Notes under the pieces: generated by a model
Seen by the model: the letters and a program-made list of their open reading frames with translations, nothing else
The model's database searches: none
What the model was told of the DNA's origin: nothing
Assembly: GCA_948934525.1 (NCBI GenBank)
Contig: CAQZSK010000001.1
Span: 222,574-286,573, forward strand
Direction: 5' to 3'
Source: an uncultured Clostridia bacterium
GTDB lineage: Bacteria > Bacillota > Clostridia > TANB77 > CAG-508
DNA: 64,000 nt
Shown: one piece after another, positions 10,270 to 19,267 of the stretch
Numbering within the stretch: the stretch's first letter is position 1
How the letters are laid out: every line of letters starts with the position of its first letter
Position numbers and translations under genes: made by a program

Positions 10270-10977
10270 CTATATTTCTTCTTTTATCAAATCTCTAATA
10301 AAAACTTGGTTTCCTTCTCTATCCTTTGTTCGTAAATTAGGAAAGGTCTTTTTCATTCTAGTATCTGTAAAATATTCCTCTTCTATTTTTCTCATAAATG
10401 GAATTTGAGAATATTTCATTTCTTCTTGATAAAATTGGCATATTGCTCGTTTTTCATAAGTACTAACTGCCCAAACAGTTACTAGAGCATCTACTGCTAA
10501 AAATAAAAACATTGCCATTTCAGTAGAAGCTTTGATTTTTAAATTAATTCTTTCAATTACTTTATCTATTAATGGTTTTATGAGCTTCATAAGCCCAATG
10601 GCTAATATTCCCCAAAACAAAGAATAAATAATGCATATTCTACCATTAATATCTCCTTTTGCGTAAGAATAATCCCAAAATCTGGCACCATAAATTGCTT
10701 CTAGTCCATAGCTTAACATATATTCTACTGCTGCTCCTGTTAGAGCTCCATAGAAAAATAGTTTGAAATAACTTTTTTGATTCACATGATTTAAGAAAAA
10801 GATAAGAAAAATAGCTCCTACTCCATAAACGGGACAAAAAGGTCCCCAAATAAGACCCTTTCTACTTTCCCAAATTCCCATGGTAAAATATCCATAGAAT
10901 GTTTCTATGATTAAGCCTAAAATACTAAATAATATAAAATACCAAAATAATTGATGAATATTAATTTTTGATTTCAT
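10270..10977 (-). CDS. polytopic membrane protein (PF06541-like 'putative ABC-transporter type IV')
   Basis: 235 aa. N-terminus FWYFILFSILGLIIETFYG...WGPFCPVYGVGA resembles that family. Confidence 0.5.
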   Translation of the reverse strand: MKSKINIHQLFWYFILFSILGLIIETFYGYFTMGIWESRKGLIWGPFCPVYGVGAIFLIFFLNHVNQKSYFKLFFYGALTGAAVEYMLSYGLEAIYGARFWDYSYAKGDINGRICIIYSLFWGILAIGLMKLIKPLIDKVIERINLKIKASTEMAMFLFLAVDALVTVWAVSTYEKRAICQFYQEEMKYSQIPFMRKIEEEYFTDTRMKKTFPNLRTKDREGNQVFIRDLIKEEI

Positions 10978-12015
10978 TTATGCTCCTATTAATTTAATTA
11001 TCACATTTAATAATATGGCAAAGGTATTCCATAAAAAGTGTATCGATATATTTGTAAAAATATTATTTGTTTTAGTATAAGTTCTAGCTAAAAAATATCC
11101 TAATAATGTGTATGGGATAATATAAATATACATAATCATATTCTCTTCTGCATATAGCATATGTGCTGCTCCAAAAATGAATGCACTTATTATCATAAAA
11201 ACTATATTATTTGGAATAGATTTTCTAAGCAATCCTCTAAACATAAATTCTTCTAAAAATGGTGCAAACAGAATTGCCATTGTTGCAGTAAGAGCTATTG
11301 GTAATTCATTTAATTGTGATTGGTTAGTAGATATTTTCCCTGCGAGTAATGCAATTGGAACACTAATGATAATATAAACAAGGAAAAATATCCCCAATTT
11401 AGGAAATATGTATTTCATATAAGTTTTGAAATTTCCTTTAAAAGTAAGAAAATCTCTTTTGATGTCTTTTCTTAAAAGATACCCTAAGATAAGAGCTTGT
11501 ATTCCATAAAGTAAAAATATTCTTGCTAATGGTGGTATATTTTGCAAAAATGGCATCGGAATTAAGCCTAAATAAAAGAAAATAAATAGAGCAGTCCATA
11601 ATAATAGGTAAATCCACTTTCTTTTGACCTGCATTTTTTCTAGTTCTGGTAATTTTAGTGGCTCTTTTGGTTCTTCTACCACATCTTTTGTATCTAAGAA
11701 TAGTAGTACCATAGCTACAATTCCACCTATAATATGTACTATTCCACCAAATAATATTTGGATAATATTAATTGCTATCAGTAACTTTTTATGTTTGATT
11801 AACTTTTGTACAAAAATTAAGTTAAGAATATTGATAACTATTAGAAAAGATAATAAAATAATTTGTACTTCTAGTGAAATACTAGGCATTCCTTCTATTT
11901 GTATTCCCTCATAAGGAATTATCTTGCTAGCAAATCCATAAATGCATATTAAACTGACAATGATAGCTATAACAGCAATTATTTGAATTATAATCTGCTT
12001 TGTTGCTAATTTCAT
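10978..12015 (-). CDS. CPBP (CAAX) family intramembrane glutamic endopeptidase
   Basis: Motifs EEFMFRG, FGAAH and HFLWN in a polytopic membrane protein. Confidence 0.75.
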   Translation of the reverse strand: MKLATKQIIIQIIAVIAIIVSLICIYGFASKIIPYEGIQIEGMPSISLEVQIILLSFLIVINILNLIFVQKLIKHKKLLIAINIIQILFGGIVHIIGGIVAMVLLFLDTKDVVEEPKEPLKLPELEKMQVKRKWIYLLLWTALFIFFYLGLIPMPFLQNIPPLARIFLLYGIQALILGYLLRKDIKRDFLTFKGNFKTYMKYIFPKLGIFFLVYIIISVPIALLAGKISTNQSQLNELPIALTATMAILFAPFLEEFMFRGLLRKSIPNNIVFMIISAFIFGAAHMLYAEENMIMYIYIIPYTLLGYFLARTYTKTNNIFTNISIHFLWNTFAILLNVIIKLIGA

Positions 12016-12172
12016 TTTTTTCCTTCTTTCTTAACTTGGTACTTTTTGTTTTATTTTAATGTTTTCTATAGTATATGGCAAATAGCTTAAAAAATCAATA
12101 TTTATCTTTATAATATATTGACAATACTTACTTATTTTCTATTAAATTTCTCCTGATATTTCCTTATTTTTC

Positions 12173-12201
12173 TTGACATTGTTGATTAATTGTATTATAA
12201 T
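12173..12201 (+). promoter_or_regulatory. sigma-A-type promoter for tRNA-Arg
   Basis: TTGACA, 17-nt spacer, TATAAT, ending 13 nt upstream of the tRNA 5' end. Confidence 0.5.
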
Positions 12202-12214
12202 AATACTCGTTCAT

Positions 12215-12291
<77 letters not shown>

Positions 12292-12312
12292 TATATAGAG
12301 TTTGAGGTAAAT

Positions 12313-12339
12313 TTCTCTAAAAAAAACTCTAAAAAAATT
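12313..12339 (+). repeat. candidate integrase arm-type site (tandem CTCTAAAAAA units), copy 1
   Basis: TTCTCT-A8-CTCT-A7 lies just inside attL. A near-identical TTCTCT-A7-CTCT-A6 lies just inside attR (21251-21275). Confidence 0.4.
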
Positions 12340-12354
12340 TAGAAATTAGGATAT

Positions 12355-13464
12355 TCATACGGCAATATGGATATTCTTTTTTTGCTTATATTTCACTTGT
12401 TTTTCTATTTCCTCATTACTTCCAAATAGCTGCATAACTACTTTTCCAGTTTGGACCTGTTTTTGATAATCTCCTCTTGTATATATATTAGTAGACGAAA
12501 TGTTTTCATGTCCTAACCAATCTTGTATATCTCTAATATCTACACCTTCAAGATGCAATAATGTAGCAATACTATGTCTTAAACCGTGTGGTGTTATTGG
12601 TTTTAATCCATTCTTTTGAATAATTTTACAAAATCTTTCTGTAAAATAATGTGGTTGGATTAGATTTCCATTATCATGAACAAATATATAGCCATCGTAT
12701 TTATGGTTGTAGGAGCTTCCAAAAATCTTTTTATTCTTCTCTATTCTTTCCAATTTTCTCAAAGTGGCTGCTTTTATATTCTCAAAGAGTGGAAATGCTC
12801 TATAACCCTTTTTAGATTTTGCTTTGTCCTTAAAATATACTTTTTCTACATTATCTTTTCCATCGTTTTGAATTGCTACATGATTTATAAAAAAGTAATC
12901 TTCTTCAAAATCAAATACTTGCTCCCTTAACCCTATAATTTCATTTCTTCTTAACCCATAAAATCCATCATATAGAGTTGGTAATTCAATGATATTATCT
13001 TTTAATATTTCTAGTAGTTGAATAACCTCTTCTCTATTATAGGTACCTACTTCTGTTCTTTCTACTGTAATTGGATTGATAAGATCTGTCGGATTATATC
13101 TTACTATTTTTTTCTTTAACAGATACTTAAATGCACTACTAATATTATCATTATAATGGTCTATCGTAGCATTACTTAATTCTTTTCTTAAATAGGCATA
13201 AAAGTCATCTAAATCATCTGCCGTTATCTCTTTGACAGCCTTTTTGCTTTTTTCCCGCGTAAAATAGTCTTTTAATCTGCCTGTAACTTGTCTTTTATAT
13301 CCATTAAAAGTATCTAATTCAACAGAAGACTTAATAATATTATTTAGCCAATACTCCATATAAGTATAAAAATCCCAATCAGCTTTCGTTTCTTTACTTG
13401 GATTATAATTTGTAGTATTTAATTCTAAAAGTGCTTGTATATCTACAATATTAAGATTTTGCAC
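12355..13464 (-). CDS. tyrosine recombinase/integrase (core-binding plus catalytic domains)
   Basis: C-terminal HGLRHSIATLLHLEGVDIRDIQDWLGHENISSTNIYT (R..HxxR..Y catalytic signature). Adjacent to attL. Confidence 0.85.
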   Translation of the reverse strand: MQNLNIVDIQALLELNTTNYNPSKETKADWDFYTYMEYWLNNIIKSSVELDTFNGYKRQVTGRLKDYFTREKSKKAVKEITADDLDDFYAYLRKELSNATIDHYNDNISSAFKYLLKKKIVRYNPTDLINPITVERTEVGTYNREEVIQLLEILKDNIIELPTLYDGFYGLRRNEIIGLREQVFDFEEDYFFINHVAIQNDGKDNVEKVYFKDKAKSKKGYRAFPLFENIKAATLRKLERIEKNKKIFGSSYNHKYDGYIFVHDNGNLIQPHYFTERFCKIIQKNGLKPITPHGLRHSIATLLHLEGVDIRDIQDWLGHENISSTNIYTRGDYQKQVQTGKVVMQLFGSNEEIEKQVKYKQKKNIHIAV

Positions 13465-13739
13465 TTTTGGCTTTTTTTATATGTCTTTACTGTTTCTCTA
13501 AAGATTTGTTCAATTTCTTTTGCTTTGTTATTTGCATTTCTCTGGTTTCCTTTCTCCACTTTATAGCCAGTTGATGCCCAAAACAAATCCCATTTTCCAT
13601 TTTTTTGATAACTTATAACACATTGATAGATTCCATCTTTTTCTTGTATAGTATGAGAAATATTTTCTGAGATATCATACTTTTCTGATAATTTACTTAT
13701 TCTATTAATTAGCTTTTGATTTCTTGCTTCTTCTAACAT
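13443..13739 (-). CDS. integrase N-terminal arm-DNA-binding domain, encoded as a separate overlapping ORF
   Basis: 98 aa. YQCVISYQKNGKWDLFWASTGYKVEKGNQRNANNKAKE resembles the AP2-like arm-binding domain. It overlaps the integrase ORF at a T7/A7 run (13472-13478); adding one A restores a single ORF. Confidence 0.5.
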   Translation of the reverse strand: MLEEARNQKLINRISKLSEKYDISENISHTIQEKDGIYQCVISYQKNGKWDLFWASTGYKVEKGNQRNANNKAKEIEQIFRETVKTYKKSQKCKILIL

Positions 13740-13770
13740 AATTCTCCTTCCATAAAAGCAAGACTAAATT

Positions 13771-13788
13771 TATCAAACTGTTACATTT
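13771..13788. repeat. 18-bp perfect inverted repeat partner of 21223-21240
   Basis: TATCAAACTGTTACATTT here; its exact reverse complement AAATGTAACAGTTTGATA is at 21223-21240. Confidence 0.8.
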
Positions 13789-13841
13789 GCAATTATAACA
13801 TAATTTAAACTTGCCTAACAATGTTGAAGGTCTCTTTATTT

Positions 13842-14066
13842 TTATTGTTCTATTAAATACTTGATAATACTGATTTTTGGTATATAATAATCTCTACCAA
13901 TTCGCTTTGAAAATATTTCTTCATTTTGTAGTAACTTGTATATTTTATTCTTTCCTATCTTAGGGAGCATCTTTTGTAATGTTTTAACCTTTACTACATC
14001 GGAATAATCCTTAAATAAATTTTCGTAATATATTTGTATATCTCTATTTTGATTCATTCGTATCAC
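13842..14066 (-). CDS. small excisionase-like (MerR/HTH_17-type) DNA-binding protein
   Basis: 74 aa. VVKVKTLQKMLPKIGKNKIYKLLQNEEIFSKRIGRDYYIPK resembles excisionase-family HTH. Positioned next to int. Confidence 0.5.
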   Translation of the reverse strand: MIRMNQNRDIQIYYENLFKDYSDVVKVKTLQKMLPKIGKNKIYKLLQNEEIFSKRIGRDYYIPKISIIKYLIEQ

Positions 14067-14090
14067 TTCCTGTTTACATTTTACTTAGTT

Positions 14091-14136
14091 AATTTCTTGT
14101 CGACACTTTCTTGACATGACCAATCTATTAGAAAAC
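14091..14136. promoter_or_regulatory. conserved regulatory block with TGTCGACA palindrome (shared with 32267-32313)
   Basis: AATTTCTTGTCGACACTTTCTTGACATGACCAATCTATTAGAAAAC aligns with AATTTTTTGTCGACACTTTTTGGATACGACAATACTATTAGAAACC upstream of the HTH gene of the second element. Confidence 0.45.
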
Positions 14137-14454
14137 ATATATACTTTCTAACCTCTTTAACTCATTTCTAGGTTTTATTTGTTGCAGCATAGTTTATCAC
14201 CTGCCTTTCTTGATTGAGACAGTTTTTTTAATATGTTATTTCCTAAAATTTGTCTCCTATTATATATACATTGCTTAAGTCCACTAAATTCTCCCCTAAT
14301 TTTAAAAAAATTATAAGGCATACGAAAAATACACCTACAAATGCCTACATATCTAGCACTTTGGTGTATTTCATAAAATCTATCTACTTTTATTTATTAA
14401 ATAGAGTATTTGCAACTTTTATAAAATAATATATAAACTCTATTTTATATTCTA

Positions 14455-15930
14455 TCACTGTCTTTGATCATTTTCTTCCACTCTTTTTTCTTCCATCTTC
14501 CTTCTCATTGCTTCTATTCTTTCTGGGTCTGACATTCTTTGAATTGGTGGTAAATTTCTATATTCTCCATTATTTGAAAGCCAGTTTGCAAAACCTTCTC
14601 TAGTTCCTGCTCCAGTTACTATTCTTTGCATAGTAACTGGTGGAGGTAACACCTTTAACTGTTTTTCTGCAAAACTTCTTATAAATGGAACTTTCATAAG
14701 TAACTCATTATTTTGTAACATTCTAGCAATCTTTTGCTTAAATGAAAGTGTTTGTTCCACAGGAGGCTCAAATGTTGGTATATCATTATCCTTTTGAAAG
14801 TTTTCGCTTTGTCCCTCTGGTCTTATAATTTCGCCAAACTCGTTGATTTCATATCCTGCTGTCAAGTCAATTTCTTGATGATTTGTATTATTGAGTTGTT
14901 GTTCCTTTTCTTCAATTCCTGTCATTTCATTAATCATGCTAACTTTGCTGTCTAAACTAGGAACATTCTCTCCATCTCTACTAACTGTTTCTTTATGCTT
15001 TTCTTGCATTCTTACATTTGCAAATTCTGTAATTAAGCCTTGTGCTGTTTGAAAAATAGCCTCAAATCTCTGCTTGCTTATATTAGGCTGATGTAACTGA
15101 GTAATAGCTGTGTCTAAATCTCTATAGGCACCTTTTCCCATATATTTGTCAAACTCATTTTCAATGATGCTAGAGTCTGTTACTAATCCATAAAAAAATG
15201 TATTTGCAGGCTCTTTTGTTCCATCTGAGTGTTCTATAAAAGAATCTATTTTTTGCCCTACTAACTGTTCGAAATTCATTTCTTTATCGAAGTCATTTCT
15301 CATAGAAACTGCAAGTAATTTTACTAAGTCATCAGCTTTTTTATACAAATTAAATTCAGAGACATCTACTCTGCCTGTCATTATATCATCTGCACTATGT
15401 TCTCCTCTAACAGCTAATTCTGCTAGTAAATTGATTGCATTTTCTTGGATTTGCATACCATAAAATTGCCCATCTTCTGTTCTTCTAATTAAACCTGAAA
15501 CTTGTCTCGAGTCAGTTGTTTTGTCATAAGTTTGCCTTTCTACATTTGCTGGATTTAAAACTAAATGTCCCATTTCGTGTGCTAATCTAAAATCAGCATT
15601 ATGTCCGTCTATTTCCGGATAACGATATGCTAAATCATAACTAAATTTTCCATCTACTAATTGCCTTTGCCTTACCTCTCCTTTTGTCACTGCATTTTCT
15701 AGATTATCATAAATTAAAGAACTCTCATCATTAAAATGTATATTTAGATTTTCTTCAGATACATTTTCCATAAAATTTTGAAATGCTACTCCATCTCGGC
15801 TTAGTAAACTAGTAATCTTTTCTTTTATGCTATCTACTCTTTGAAGTTCTTGCCTTAAAACTTGAGTAGCATCTTGGCCATTTTCAGCATAAATGACATA
15901 CTGTCCATTTCTTGCTACAAATCTTCCCAT
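14455..15930 (-). CDS. 491-aa protein with ImmA/IrrE-like HExxH zinc-peptidase motif
   Basis: LAHEMGHLVLNP motif about 130 aa from the N-terminus. No TM and no other domain I recognise. Confidence 0.5.
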   Translation of the reverse strand: MGRFVARNGQYVIYAENGQDATQVLRQELQRVDSIKEKITSLLSRDGVAFQNFMENVSEENLNIHFNDESSLIYDNLENAVTKGEVRQRQLVDGKFSYDLAYRYPEIDGHNADFRLAHEMGHLVLNPANVERQTYDKTTDSRQVSGLIRRTEDGQFYGMQIQENAINLLAELAVRGEHSADDIMTGRVDVSEFNLYKKADDLVKLLAVSMRNDFDKEMNFEQLVGQKIDSFIEHSDGTKEPANTFFYGLVTDSSIIENEFDKYMGKGAYRDLDTAITQLHQPNISKQRFEAIFQTAQGLITEFANVRMQEKHKETVSRDGENVPSLDSKVSMINEMTGIEEKEQQLNNTNHQEIDLTAGYEINEFGEIIRPEGQSENFQKDNDIPTFEPPVEQTLSFKQKIARMLQNNELLMKVPFIRSFAEKQLKVLPPPVTMQRIVTGAGTREGFANWLSNNGEYRNLPPIQRMSDPERIEAMRRKMEEKRVEENDQRQ

Positions 15931-16142
15931 ATTTTCCTCTTTTCAGCATACTATTTCAAGATAAGAAATAATATAGCACTTATAACAAGTTGCACAAGTA
16001 ATACAATTCTTGTTACTTTGTATATCTTTTCAATTTTACTTCTTCTCTTTTCTGCATCCAAAAATTGTCCAAAATGTACTTCTGAGTGTTCTGTAAAATC
16101 GTTTGTATCATCTTTGTAAGTTGCTTTATTAGAATATGAATC

Positions 16143-16876
16143 TCAACCTGCATACTGTGTATCTGGTAATAGTGGCTTATATATTGATACTATATACCAA
16201 TAAGAAAAAATATTTCCTAATAGAATAGCTACAAACCATTGACCAAATATTAAAAGATATTTATTACTCATATATTGTGTTAATACTTCTGGCATATTAT
16301 TCTGATTGATTTTTAAGATAATGTATAAAATATATGATAAGATAATTCCTATTGATATAGTAAAACATTGTGTCCTTATTTTTCTATGTTTCATTGTTTT
16401 GTTATATCTATCTTCATTATCTTCTAAGATATTCATTGTTTCAGCATATAGGTTATGAGCTCCATTTTCCTGATTGTTAGTATCTATATCTATAGTCACA
16501 TCATTTTCTCTAAAATATAACGATATATATACTTTATTGAATACATCATTAACTGTACTATTTTGCCCTTTTGTATAAAATGTAATATATAAATCAATTG
16601 TTATACTTTTTATAATTTCTAGTTGATTTAAGTTCCCTATAAACCAGTTATAGTTACTTTCTTTTATTCTCTTTCCATTTTTGAACTCTATTTCATAGTT
16701 AAGAGCTGTACTACCATTTTCATATTCCCATTGTTTTTCTCCATATGGAATATTCTTATTTCTGTTCTCTTCTAGTTCAAATTTTTGTCATATTTTTCTT
16801 TGTAGTCTTCTAAATAATCAGCTACTTTTATGATACTTTCTATTTGTATTTGCTTGTTTACTACCTTATTATTCAT
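16143..16876 (-). pseudogene. C-terminally membrane-anchored hypothetical protein interrupted by a 1-nt frameshift
   Basis: ATG 16876 (GGAGTG SD 8 nt upstream) opens MNNKVVNKQIQIESIIKVADYLEDYKEKYDK. The frame changes at the T5/A5 run 16782-16786 and continues through to stop 16143. The ORF track shows only the last 118 aa. Confidence 0.45.
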
Positions 16877-17005
16877 TTGTTTTTCACTCCGTTCATTGTA
16901 TTTATTAGAACTAATTTTATAATACCATAAAAGTTTTATGAGTGCAATAGTATAAAATTTAAATAAGATTAACTAAATATTAAGAAGAAAAATATATTAA
17001 AGTTC

Positions 17006-17034
17006 TTGACATCCCTAAACATACGTTTTATACT
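17006..17034 (+). promoter_or_regulatory. sigma-A-type promoter of the kinase operon
   Basis: TTGACA (17006-17011), 17-nt spacer, TATACT (17029-17034). Confidence 0.5.
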
Positions 17035-17096
17035 TATAAGTATAACTGATTAGTAAAAAATTCAAATTAAAATGGCAATTATAACTTTAAAAGGAG

Positions 17097-18035
17097 ATGT
17101 CTGATTATATGTTTGAAGAAATTTTTCAAATACTCATCAATGATAAAATTAACATAGTAAATTTTGAAAGAGTAAAAACTCCTTCTGGTCAAAAAGTAGT
17201 ATATTTTATTGATACAGATGTTGATAAACTAGTATTAAAAATAGTAGATGTAACTCCTCAGTTACTAATTGAGGAACCTGAACATGATTTAGACAAAGAT
17301 TTGCAACAAGAAATAAATTCAAACTCTTATAGAATAATAAACGAAATAGGAATGAGCAAACGCTGCCTTAACTTTCCCCAAATAAAAAAAGTTGATAATA
17401 AAGATTATATTAAATATATTAGACTTAGTAATGGCAAACTTTATTTAATTTACCTAGAACAAAGATTTGAAGGTGAAACATTAAACAATTTATTATTAGA
17501 TACAAAAAAAGAATACACCATCAGTGAAATTTTAGATTTTTTAATACAAATGACTAACCATATAAAAATAATGAGTGATAATGGCTATGTTCATAGAGAT
17601 ATAAAGCCAAGTAATATTATAGTAAACAACTCTAAATACTATATTATTGATGGTGGTATATGTAAGGATATGAACACAAATATAAATGCAACAGCAACAG
17701 GTGCTGAAATCGGAACAAAAAGATATTTGGCACCAGAGCAAGAAAAAATAATTAAAAATTATAATTGGTCTTTTCAGACAGATTTATATCCATTAGGAAT
17801 AATAGCAACCGAAATGTTATCAGTAAATTCTAGAAGTTTTTATACTACTAACAAAGATATAAGGGATATTCAAATTGTAAAAAATCTATGGTTAAGCAAA
17901 AACAATAGTGATATAAGCCAAAAAGTATTAAAAAATGTTATAATAATTATACTGAATAGAATAAAAGCATTAAGATTTAATAGCATCGAAGAATGTATAA
18001 ATCAAATAAAAAGTATAAAAAGGGAAGTGAGTTAA
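17097..18035 (+). CDS. standalone Hanks-type Ser/Thr protein kinase
   Basis: Catalytic loop VHRDIKPSNIIV, DGG in place of DFG (IIDGGICK), activation/P+1 segment GTKRYLAPE, beta3 Lys in LVLKIV. No TM or sensor domain. The likely start is ATG 17109. Confidence 0.8.
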   Translation: MSDYMFEEIFQILINDKINIVNFERVKTPSGQKVVYFIDTDVDKLVLKIVDVTPQLLIEEPEHDLDKDLQQEINSNSYRIINEIGMSKRCLNFPQIKKVDNKDYIKYIRLSNGKLYLIYLEQRFEGETLNNLLLDTKKEYTISEILDFLIQMTNHIKIMSDNGYVHRDIKPSNIIVNNSKYYIIDGGICKDMNTNINATATGAEIGTKRYLAPEQEKIIKNYNWSFQTDLYPLGIIATEMLSVNSRSFYTTNKDIRDIQIVKNLWLSKNNSDISQKVLKNVIIIILNRIKALRFNSIEECINQIKSIKREVS

Positions 18036-18037
18036 AT

Positions 18038-19225
18038 ATGATTTTTATTCAACATGGTCCTAGTTGGAGACCTAAAGTCGATGAAATTTTAAAAATGAAT
18101 TTAGCCAAAGGAATAATTTGGGATCCGCGAGAGGAAAGTATTGAAAGAATAAAAGAAATTAAAAGTAATAACTTAGACTATAAAAATATTATTAATATTG
18201 TTGATCCTAAATTATACTATGCACAGTTTAAAACTTCAATGCCTAAAAAACTCTTAGATTTAGAATATTATCCTCATAATATTATCGATAGGAATTATCT
18301 AAGAGATACTAATAAAGTAAAGAGTGACATTACTAAGATTGTTAATTTTGAAGAAAATTTAGGTATAAATTACTTTGTTTCACCTACATTATATATTGAA
18401 AGTTTTAATGAGAGATTTGTAGATAAAATCTATGATATATATGATTGGTTTGATGAAGCAACTTCAAGTGCTGAAAAATTTGCTACTTTGTTAATACATG
18501 AATCTGCATTTGATAATTCAACATATATGAATGAATTTATAGATGATTTTAGCAATTATATTGGTAGATATAGCGGCATATATTTAATAATTGATAGAGA
18601 TAATACTTCTAATATAAGAAATTCCTTTTCTCCAAGTAGATTGACAAATATAATGCAGTTTATATATTTTATGAAAAGGATGCAATTTAAAGTCATTATT
18701 GGATATTGTGGTATAGAAAGTATAAATTATATGGCTGTTGGAGCAGATATTATTGGAACTGGATGGTTTTATTCTTTAAGAAGATTTAATAGGATTGAAA
18801 AAGGATTTGAAGAATCATCTAGAATGGGACATCCTAAAAAAAGGTATACTTCCATTAATTTACTAAGTGAATTGAAAATAGATGAAGATATCGAAACTAT
18901 CCCACAGCAAAATAAGGAAGAATTATATAAAGTAATTTTTAATAACCGATTAATTGATGAAAAAATAATTAATAATAAATATGATACTATACCTACTAAC
19001 ACAGATTTTATTCAGTATTTTGATACAATGAATGTTCTATCAGAGAAGTTTGAGAGTATTATAGGTATAGAAAATAAAGTTGAATATCTAGAAGATTTAA
19101 TAAATAATGCTATGAAAAATATAAAAATATATCATGAAAAAAACCCAGTTAGACAATTAACTTCTAAACATTTAGAGGATTATATTAATGCAATAAAATC
19201 CTTTAAAAACATTAATTTTATTTAA
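18038..19225 (+). CDS. 395-aa protein of unknown function, translationally coupled to the kinase
   Basis: The ATG lies 2 nt after the kinase TAA, with a GGGAAGTGAG SD. It shows alternating hydrophobic strand/helix periodicity (GIIWDP, IVDPKLY, YFVSPTLYI, ATLLIHES, GIYLIIDRD, KVIIGYCG, ADIIGTGWF), suggestive of an alpha/beta (TIM-like) barrel. No motif recognised. Confidence 0.7.
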   Translation: MIFIQHGPSWRPKVDEILKMNLAKGIIWDPREESIERIKEIKSNNLDYKNIINIVDPKLYYAQFKTSMPKKLLDLEYYPHNIIDRNYLRDTNKVKSDITKIVNFEENLGINYFVSPTLYIESFNERFVDKIYDIYDWFDEATSSAEKFATLLIHESAFDNSTYMNEFIDDFSNYIGRYSGIYLIIDRDNTSNIRNSFSPSRLTNIMQFIYFMKRMQFKVIIGYCGIESINYMAVGADIIGTGWFYSLRRFNRIEKGFEESSRMGHPKKRYTSINLLSELKIDEDIETIPQQNKEELYKVIFNNRLIDEKIINNKYDTIPTNTDFIQYFDTMNVLSEKFESIIGIENKVEYLEDLINNAMKNIKIYHEKNPVRQLTSKHLEDYINAIKSFKNINFI

Positions 19226-19240
19226 TAAAAATTAAAATCC

Positions 19241-19267
19241 AAGCCAAACTAATTTATAGTTTGGCTT
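19241..19267. terminator. bidirectional hairpin terminator between convergent genes
   Basis: AAGCCAAACT-AATTTAT-AGTTTGGCTT followed by a T-run. It overlaps the 3' end of the minus-strand ORF. Confidence 0.6.
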
